In this document: positions 29,363 to 36,238 of the stretch, one piece after another | How the letters are laid out: every line of letters begins with the position of its first letter | How positions within the stretch are numbered: position 1 is the first letter of the stretch | NCBI GenBank assembly: GCA_046753505.1 | Contig: JBHHTR010000003.1 | Coordinates: 1 to 36,238 of the forward strand | Direction: 5' to 3' | Length of the DNA: 36,238 nt | Origin: Thermodesulfobacteriota bacterium | Lineage (GTDB): Bacteria; Desulfobacterota; GWC2-55-46; S146-70; JAUXIU01 | Notes under the pieces: generated by a model | The model's database searches: none | What the model saw: the letters and a program-made list of their open reading frames with translations, nothing else | Told to the model about the DNA's origin: nothing | Program-made: the position numbers and the translations under genes

Positions 29363-30013
29363 CTATTCCTCAACGGTAATCTTACCCACCATACCGGCAT
29401 GTATAAAGCAGAGATAAAAATATTCGCCGGGGGTATCCAGTGTGCGTTCCCAACTCTTGCCACTTTCGACCATGGGTGAGAGCATTGCCCCTTCACCCAG
29501 GAAGGGCATAGAGGAAAAGATATGGGCCTCACTGTCTCTATTGATCCACCTGACGGTCTCCCCCTTCTTTATGATGATGTTATCGGGTGTAAACTTGTTC
29601 ATTACCGTATCGGTTCTCATCGGCATTTCGATTATGTGTACCCCTCCTTGTGGGACAGAGCGAACGGCATCGGATAACTGGGAATTAAAGGTCGCCCTCT
29701 TCACCGCCTTGAGGGGTTCAAAGTTGTTTGCAATCTCCTTGTAATGATTGGCCATCACCTCCGCGATATAGAGGATGGAGCTCCTATCCTCCTTGTTGAC
29801 CTCTTTATTCATTGCTTCATCAATAAGCGCCTGAATCTCTTCGGGCACACTATCTTTCTTCATCTCGACCAGAAGGGCCATTCGCTGCTCGTCATTAGCG
29901 TCGAATGCCTTGCCGAATTCCTTGGCAAAACCTGATTCCTCGGCAAATGCCGTACCTGTGAAGGCTAACAAACAGAACACGATAAACGATACAAACAATC
30001 TTCTTCTACCCAT
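29363..30013 (-). CDS. Exported cupredoxin (plastocyanin/amicyanin-like) with N-terminal helical domain
   Basis: Signal peptide (AFA); FTPDNIIIKKGETVRWIN...H...YLCFIHAGMVG type-1 copper ligands. Confidence 0.85.
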   Translation of the reverse strand: MGRRRLFVSFIVFCLLAFTGTAFAEESGFAKEFGKAFDANDEQRMALLVEMKKDSVPEEIQALIDEAMNKEVNKEDRSSILYIAEVMANHYKEIANNFEPLKAVKRATFNSQLSDAVRSVPQGGVHIIEMPMRTDTVMNKFTPDNIIIKKGETVRWINRDSEAHIFSSMPFLGEGAMLSPMVESGKSWERTLDTPGEYFYLCFIHAGMVGKITVEE

Positions 30014-30187
30014 CTAGAACCTCCTCTCACATAGATGTATCATCGATAAAACTGTATCTAAAAGTACAAGTTTGCCCACAATAACCGGTCGTTGCTGGTG
30101 CTTCAAGACTTTTTATGGGATGGTTGCCGGGCTCCTACTATAACATCTCATGACTCCTCCTGCAAACTTATCTCAAAGAGCGTGACG

Positions 30188-31396
30188 TTACCCCGATGGC
30201 AAAGAGTGGGCACTCATTCCTTTGTAGAGTGCGAGGTAGCGGGGAACTACACTATCAAGGGTGTAGGAATCTCTCATGGTCTGCAACCCACGCACTGCAA
30301 GGGCAGCAGCCTTCTCCTGATCCTTTAGAAGATTCAATATTCCAAGAGCCAGCTCCTTCGAGTCGCCAGGCTCAACCAGTATTCCGTTAACGCCATCGTT
30401 GATAATATCCGTCCCGCCACCTATCCTTGTCGCCACAATGGGGAGTCCACACGCCATGGCCTCAAGGAGGGAGTTGGGCATACCCTCCTGAAGTGATGGG
30501 AGGACGAAGATATCCGTTCCGTGAAGGTAGTCGGTAACATGGGGGACATGTCCCAGAAAGATCACCGAGCCGGCAATACCCAGTGACGACGCCATCCGCT
30601 TCATCTCCTCAAGGAGGGGGCCGTCGCCCAGGAGGAGGAGCCTTGCATCGGCACATTCATCTGTTACATCTGTCCACGCCTCTAGCAGGTAGTTAATCCC
30701 CTTGCGGGAGATAAACCTGCCGCTGAAGGTCACGAGTGGCGCGGCCCCTACGCCAAGTTCTGTTTTTATCCTCTTCCTCTCCTCCGGTGAAGCCGGTGTA
30801 AAGATGCCTGGGGCGATGAAATTGGGGATACGCTCTATCTTCGTAACCTCAAAGCCGTCCTGTATAAGCCCCTCTTCAATCTCGCCGGTAGTGGCGACAA
30901 AGGCATCGACCATCCTGAGGAGGCTGAGAACCGCCCTGCCAGGAACACTGTAACGGCCTTGCAGGGAGCCCGCCTCAATGCCCAGTTTGGCGCTGGCCAC
31001 CTTGGCTATTACCCCTTTGCCGAGGAGCTTCAGCAGGGGGATTGTAACAAAGAGGGGGAGGCTGGCGCCGTGAAAATGGACTATGTCAAACTCTCTCCGC
31101 TGCTGAAAGAGGGTGCGGGCGCAACTGACGGCAAAGGAGAGGGAGACGAGGATGTTAAGGGGGGTAATCTTTTCAAAGTTATGGAGTTCCGGTTTCAGGG
31201 AGCCGACCCGGTAGACTTTCACCTTGCGGTTGAACTCTGCATATGGCATACCATCCATCTGCCGCGCTATGACAAATATATCGACCCCCTCTTCCGCCAG
31301 CCGCTCCGTTAGTAGCTGGGCCTGTCTACCGAGACCACCCAGAGAGGGGTGGTAGAGAGGCGATACGATGCAGACCCTGAGTCTCTTCTTTTCCAT
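30188..31396 (-). CDS. Glycosyltransferase family 4
   Basis: GGLG, GRFISRKG, GDGP, LPSLQEGMPNSLLEAMACG. Confidence 0.93.
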   Translation of the reverse strand: MEKKRLRVCIVSPLYHPSLGGLGRQAQLLTERLAEEGVDIFVIARQMDGMPYAEFNRKVKVYRVGSLKPELHNFEKITPLNILVSLSFAVSCARTLFQQRREFDIVHFHGASLPLFVTIPLLKLLGKGVIAKVASAKLGIEAGSLQGRYSVPGRAVLSLLRMVDAFVATTGEIEEGLIQDGFEVTKIERIPNFIAPGIFTPASPEERKRIKTELGVGAAPLVTFSGRFISRKGINYLLEAWTDVTDECADARLLLLGDGPLLEEMKRMASSLGIAGSVIFLGHVPHVTDYLHGTDIFVLPSLQEGMPNSLLEAMACGLPIVATRIGGGTDIINDGVNGILVEPGDSKELALGILNLLKDQEKAAALAVRGLQTMRDSYTLDSVVPRYLALYKGMSAHSLPSG

Positions 31397-32095
31397 TTAT
31401 CTACTGGAACTTTTTCGCGCAACGAGGACCAGCTCTTTTGGCGGCAGGCCGTAAAGTTTTATGAGGCTGTCTATAGCCTCACGAACGACGGGCAGGTGAC
31501 GGCCCCTGTTCAAAAGCCGAAAGGCGGGGGCATCCCACCTTCGGAAGGGGAGATCGTAGTGATAGAAAAAGACCCTTGCGCGATTGTAACCGGAAAGGGT
31601 TGCCAGGCGGAGGAGACTCTTCCTGGTAAAGGGACGCACATGACTCCAGTCATCGTAAAAAGAGGCATCGAAAGGTGGAACCCTCACAATCAGAATGCCA
31701 CCATCCCTCAAGACCCGATGATACTCCATGAAGGCCGCCTCAGGATCGGGCAGGTGTTCGAGGAGGTGGGCGCAGTGTATCCCGTCCACGACGCCGTCGC
31801 CCAGAGGAAGCTCCGTGCCACTGCCAAGAATGACCCTCCTGCCATCCCTCCTGCACTGCTCCACGATAAGCCGGTTGCTGTCAACCCCGACGGCGTTGAC
31901 GCCGCGCCCAGCCTTGCCAAGGAAAAAACCTAGACCACACCCGACATCAAGAACATCCCTGCAACCGTGGCGGTCCAGTATATTCCAGAAGTAGGCGGCG
32001 ACTATCTCCCTGTGCGCACGGGCGGTCTCCTGCCCAACTTCGCTGGTTTGCAGGTAGCGGTAGTATGCCTCGTCTCTCTCTTTCATCTCACTCAC
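31397..32095 (-). CDS. Class I SAM-dependent methyltransferase
   Basis: VLDVGCGLG, GVD, HLLEHLPDP, RVLRDGG; start could be ATG 32086. Confidence 0.9.
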   Translation of the reverse strand: MSEMKERDEAYYRYLQTSEVGQETARAHREIVAAYFWNILDRHGCRDVLDVGCGLGFFLGKAGRGVNAVGVDSNRLIVEQCRRDGRRVILGSGTELPLGDGVVDGIHCAHLLEHLPDPEAAFMEYHRVLRDGGILIVRVPPFDASFYDDWSHVRPFTRKSLLRLATLSGYNRARVFFYHYDLPFRRWDAPAFRLLNRGRHLPVVREAIDSLIKLYGLPPKELVLVARKSSSR

Positions 32096-33992
32096 GGTTG
32101 TCTATAAATTCTCTGTGCCACAGTTCGAGCATAAGGAGGTTGTAAATATGGTACTGCCAGTTCCACCTCCCGGATACATGGTCATCAAGGATACGCTGAA
32201 TGAAAGCTTTATTAAAGTAGCCCCGCTCAATAGAGCGCCGCCCGAGAAGCATATCATAAACCATCTCTCTCAGTTCATCACGAAACCACCGGTCTATGGG
32301 AACGACAAAACCCTTTTTTTTTCTGGCAATAATCCCATCTGGAAGGATACCTTTGAGGGCCTTCTTGAGAATATATTTTGTGCTCCGCCTTCTGAGCTTC
32401 AACGTTGATGGGATCCTTGCTACATACTCCATGAACTCATGATCTAGGAACGGCGACCGTGCCTCAAGGGAGTGAGCCATCGTTGCCACATCAACCTTTG
32501 TCAGGAGATCATTGGGAAGGTAGGTCATCACATCGGCATGTAGGGTTTTATCAAGAAAGCTATCTGCGTCACTGTCACGATACGCCTCCATCATCAAAGC
32601 AAATGAATCTACCGATGAAACTCTCGCCCATAAATCAGAAGAGTAGAGGCCATGTTTCATCTCATGCGTAAAGTGGCTGTTTAAACTGGCGTTGCTCAAC
32701 TCTGGAGTCTTTGTGTACTCCTGCAGAAATCTTTTCAGTTTCCATGTAATACTATCCAGCCCCTTTCCCTGGGGCAGCATCATAACAAGGGGTACAATCT
32801 TTTTTACCAACGCAGGCGGGCTATACCGCCGTACCGCCCGTGATAGTTCGTTGGCAACGTATCTCTCATAACCGGCAAATAGCTCATCACTACCGTCACC
32901 GGTGAGCGCTACGGTAACATGTTCCCTCGCAAGCTTGGAAACATAGTAGGTCGGTATCGCCGACTGGTCGGCAAAGGGTTCATTGTAGTGCCACACTAAT
33001 TTTGGCAATATCTCCGTCGCTTCAGGCTCTACAACGAACTCTGTATGGTCGCATCCAAACCTCTCTGCAACCGTACGAGCGTATTGCCGCTCGTCATACG
33101 CTTCGTCTTTGAAACCAATCGAAAATGACCTGACAGGCCTATCGCTCATTGCCGACATCAGGGCGACAATGGCGCTTGAATCGATACCGCCGCTTAAAAA
33201 GGCACCCAACGGCACATCGCTGATGAGTCGTATGCGCACGGCCTCCTTAAGTTTTTCGAGAAGTTCCTCAGCCACCTCCCTCTCCCCGGAGGCGGATGTA
33301 ACAACATATTTTGGTCTGTAGGATAACTTCCAGTAACGCCTGATATCTATCTTACTATCTTTACAAATAAGGTAGTGCGCCGGTGGGAGCTTTTTTATAC
33401 CGTCAAATGCGGAAAAAGGCGCAGGCACAGATTGATAGGTAAGGTAATGATGAATTGCGATAATATCCGGCCTCTTTTTGACTGTCCTATCCTCCAGAAT
33501 GGCCTTTATCTCTGAAGCAAAGATGAGACAATCATCATCTAAATAATAGAAGAGAGGCTTCTTTCCCACCCTGTCTCGTGCCAGAAAGAGGCTTCGCCTT
33601 GTATCATCCCATATCGCGAAGGCGAACATCCCCCGGAGCCTCCTGACACACTCCGGCCCCTCCTCCTCGTAGAGGTGGATTATCACCTCTGTATCGGAGT
33701 GAGAGGAAAAAGTATGTCCCAGTCCTTGTAGCTCCCTTTTTAATGCCTGGTAATTATATATCTCACCGTTAAAGACGACCCGTATGTTCCCACCCTCATT
33801 CGCCATGGGTTGATTGGCGGCAGATGAAAGATCTATTATGCTTAGTCGACGATGGCCAAGCCCAATCCCCCCCTTGGTGTAGACTCCATCGGCATCAGGC
33901 CCACGATGATGCAGGGTTGCCGTCATGCTTCGGATCAGCTCTTCCGGAACATCGCACCCATTAAATTCTACCTTGCCGCAAATACCGCACAT
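32088..33992 (-). CDS. asnB: Asparagine synthase (glutamine-hydrolysing) family amidotransferase
   Basis: MCGI nucleophile, HRGPD, RLSIID, NGEIYN, FLSGGIDSS, TGDGSDELFAGY; context suggests sugar amidation. Confidence 0.93.
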   Translation of the reverse strand: MCGICGKVEFNGCDVPEELIRSMTATLHHRGPDADGVYTKGGIGLGHRRLSIIDLSSAANQPMANEGGNIRVVFNGEIYNYQALKRELQGLGHTFSSHSDTEVIIHLYEEEGPECVRRLRGMFAFAIWDDTRRSLFLARDRVGKKPLFYYLDDDCLIFASEIKAILEDRTVKKRPDIIAIHHYLTYQSVPAPFSAFDGIKKLPPAHYLICKDSKIDIRRYWKLSYRPKYVVTSASGEREVAEELLEKLKEAVRIRLISDVPLGAFLSGGIDSSAIVALMSAMSDRPVRSFSIGFKDEAYDERQYARTVAERFGCDHTEFVVEPEATEILPKLVWHYNEPFADQSAIPTYYVSKLAREHVTVALTGDGSDELFAGYERYVANELSRAVRRYSPPALVKKIVPLVMMLPQGKGLDSITWKLKRFLQEYTKTPELSNASLNSHFTHEMKHGLYSSDLWARVSSVDSFALMMEAYRDSDADSFLDKTLHADVMTYLPNDLLTKVDVATMAHSLEARSPFLDHEFMEYVARIPSTLKLRRRSTKYILKKALKGILPDGIIARKKKGFVVPIDRWFRDELREMVYDMLLGRRSIERGYFNKAFIQRILDDHVSGRWNWQYHIYNLLMLELWHREFIDNRE

Positions 33993-34057
33993 AGATAAAA
34001 CCCTCGATTACCTCATGCTGCTATTACAATACCAATAAATCGATGCCCTTGATCAGA

Positions 34058-34852
34058 TCAGCCTTTATAGGCAAAGATGTAGTATTGTCCGCAAAGAATG
34101 TACCTGCCTACTCTATTGGATAATATTTTTTTGAAACGTCGCAGAGGATAAGGTGTGTGATACTTGACCCTGAACCTTTTGAAACCTGCCTTTTTCAGGG
34201 CATATATCCAGTCACGAGGCTCCTGCTTGGTTTGAAAGTCGGTGTCTTTTAATAACCCAAAAAGCCTCCCAAATCTCTGTATAGAATACCTGGGAACCTC
34301 CGCTACCACGGCAACTCCATCATCGGCCAAGGTGGTATAAATATCTCCTAGAAGCGCTGTGAGACTATTCGTAGCGCTCTCTTCAGCTTTTCTAAGGCGG
34401 ACTCGGCTCTCGTATATATGGTGTAAGCAGTGTGATACATAAATCATATCGAATGTGTTCTCATGAAAAGGTAATTTGAATGCATCGCCGAGGAGTAGCT
34501 TCAGACAGGGTAGAGAGAGGCGTGATTGTACTTTTTTAGCAAAATGATAGTCCGATGTCGGAGAACCTTCACCTTGATAATTGTCGATTCCAACTGCGAG
34601 TTTCGGTTTGGCTACGATACAGTTAGTGCTTAACATTAGTCCGTTACCGCAACCTATATCGAGTAGCCGCTTGCCATTGAGCGGTACTTCATCGATATAG
34701 TAAGATGCGATATGTTCATAAGTATCAATAGAGAAGCGGTGTGACCATCGTTCCTTTATGAAATCATCTAATATGCCTCTTAGGTTTCTTGCCAAAATAT
34801 ACTCCGCTTTGGTTAGGAAAGGGCTGATCCATTCGGGCCTTTCACAGTACAT
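34058..34852 (-). CDS. Class I SAM-dependent methyltransferase
   Basis: LLDIGCGNG, GDAFKLPFHENTFD, LHHI. Confidence 0.85.
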   Translation of the reverse strand: MYCERPEWISPFLTKAEYILARNLRGILDDFIKERWSHRFSIDTYEHIASYYIDEVPLNGKRLLDIGCGNGLMLSTNCIVAKPKLAVGIDNYQGEGSPTSDYHFAKKVQSRLSLPCLKLLLGDAFKLPFHENTFDMIYVSHCLHHIYESRVRLRKAEESATNSLTALLGDIYTTLADDGVAVVAEVPRYSIQRFGRLFGLLKDTDFQTKQEPRDWIYALKKAGFKRFRVKYHTPYPLRRFKKILSNRVGRYILCGQYYIFAYKG

Positions 34853-34867
34853 GGGTGAAGCGCTTCC

Positions 34868-36034
34868 TCAATCACGTGAAAGACATCTGGTAAAATAGTC
34901 AACGTACCTGCCTATAGTATGTTCTCGTAGAACTTTTTGTCTTGCATTCTTACCGAGTATTGTGAGCTTGTTTGGATTCTCAAATAAAGCAATGATCGCG
35001 GTTGCAATATCTTCACAGCTTTTACCTACTCTGACACCAACGGTCTCATCAACAAGTTTCCAAGTCTCGCCCACATCAGTGGCAATTATAGCATTCTCAC
35101 AGGCCATCGCTTCAATGAGACTTTGCGATGGGTAGTTGTTGACTTCTTGGAGCGACACAAATATTTTCGACTCCCATAGCAGCCTTTCCGGGGCATAGCA
35201 GTGCATAAAGGTAACATGGTTTTCTATCCTCAGCTGTTCAACCTGTTCCTTTAAGCTCTTCAGTAACGGTCCATCGCCAACAATACAAAAGTCAATATCT
35301 TTATGCTTGTCTCCAAGGTGCCGCAGGACGCTCGGAACAGCTTTCAAAAGCAGAGACGGGTTTTTATCTTTAATTAGTCTTCCCATAAAGACAATGCGGT
35401 TCTTCTTGCCTACACCTGTCGGCTCGCATCGGGAGTAATCGATAAAACTGCACGGTGCAACAAAGTAATTACCGTTAAATATATCGCCATATCTTTTTAA
35501 AAAAGATTCCTTAATCTCGTCTGACAAGAACTCTACATAGTCAGAATTTTTGACCGCACTTTTAAATAGCGCTCTTAGAGCACCGCTGTTAAGGTTTTGA
35601 TCCAGTGTTGAATCAAAGATAGAAAATCCTTTGTATACTTTTTTCTTTCTCAGAAAGAGCAGGGCATTTAATAAGAAGAGAAAACCCATGGAATGCAATT
35701 GGTTGATATTATGCCGGTCAATCAGCCTTGCAACAGTATGGTAAAGGCGCAGGCCGCTCAACATCATATGCGCAAAAGAGGGGTTGGCATAATGATTACC
35801 AGTGATTAGAAATACATTTTTGCTTTTGTCGAGCCGAATGCCGTGTTTTAGTAAACTTTCGTAGAGAACCTGATTGATAATAAGAAAGAGATTTGTATCC
35901 CTTGCCGAGGCATACAGAAATACGCGGCCATACCTCTTTTCGGCACCGCCTATCTGCTCTCTTCCTACTAATAGCATAGCTTTCCTGACGGGAATCTTTT
36001 TCTTTTGGTGTCTGAGATTTCTTGAAGGGTTCAT
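34868..36034 (-). CDS. Glycosyltransferase family 4
   Basis: GGAEKR, GRLIKDKNP, GDGP, YPSQSLIEAMAC, TDVG. Confidence 0.9.
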   Translation of the reverse strand: MNPSRNLRHQKKKIPVRKAMLLVGREQIGGAEKRYGRVFLYASARDTNLFLIINQVLYESLLKHGIRLDKSKNVFLITGNHYANPSFAHMMLSGLRLYHTVARLIDRHNINQLHSMGFLFLLNALLFLRKKKVYKGFSIFDSTLDQNLNSGALRALFKSAVKNSDYVEFLSDEIKESFLKRYGDIFNGNYFVAPCSFIDYSRCEPTGVGKKNRIVFMGRLIKDKNPSLLLKAVPSVLRHLGDKHKDIDFCIVGDGPLLKSLKEQVEQLRIENHVTFMHCYAPERLLWESKIFVSLQEVNNYPSQSLIEAMACENAIIATDVGETWKLVDETVGVRVGKSCEDIATAIIALFENPNKLTILGKNARQKVLREHTIGRYVDYFTRCLSRD

Positions 36035-36041
36035 TAATATT

Positions 36042-36238
36042 TTATCCCTCTATAAGAGCTTCATATAATGCAACCTCATCGTCAGCCACAAAGCGGTCAT
36101 TGTGCCAAAGCAAGGTGAAGTTTCCGTCAAACATGGGGCAAAGCACCAGTAGGTCATTCTATCAGCCCCATTCTATGAGGACAAGGAGGTTTATTGACCT
36201 CTTGCCATAGGAAGGCCACAAAAAGGTTTGCGAATTTA
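36042..36238 (-). pseudogene. Probable decayed 3' end of a polysaccharide deacetylase-like gene
   Basis: Minus frame ending 36042 reads MFDGNFTLLWHNDRF...; two in-frame stops at 36159-36164 lie just upstream. Confidence 0.35.

Noticed and set aside
32088-33992. AsnB as a lasso-peptide cyclase
   Set aside because: It has an intact glutaminase N-terminus, glycosyltransferase neighbours, and no precursor or B-protein genes nearby

Overview
A mostly core-genome window (about 50-55% GC by eye) from what looks like a deltaproteobacterium (Desulfobacterota); this is inferred from gene order and the paired DUF507 genes. Housekeeping genes: 'coaE, rho, rpmE, prfA, murA, hisG, two DUF507, DUF445, thiD, LysM protein, dnaB-rplI-rpsR-rpsF, a DEAD-box helicase, ligA, rpsU, acs, rnd and a malic enzyme. 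The window ends with a response regulator, a cupredoxin and a glycan-modification cluster (GT4, methyltransferases, AsnB-type amidotransferase). The most interesting part is an accessory module at about 21.45-26.73 kb. It has an HTH-WYL regulator, then a low-GC HNH nuclease gene split by a 283-bp MITE with a clear 9-bp target duplication, then a wHTH-AAA+ ATPase and an FGE/SUMF1-fold protein. The HNH and AAA genes each sit behind an (T/C)GACA-N6-TGTCA-N11-TAnnnT promoter of the PafBC/DriD type. Intergenic regions hold several families of non-autonomous IS-derived miniature elements, an S6:S18 leader, and a candidate structured RNA upstream of rpsF. No tRNA, rRNA, CRISPR array or transposase was seen.
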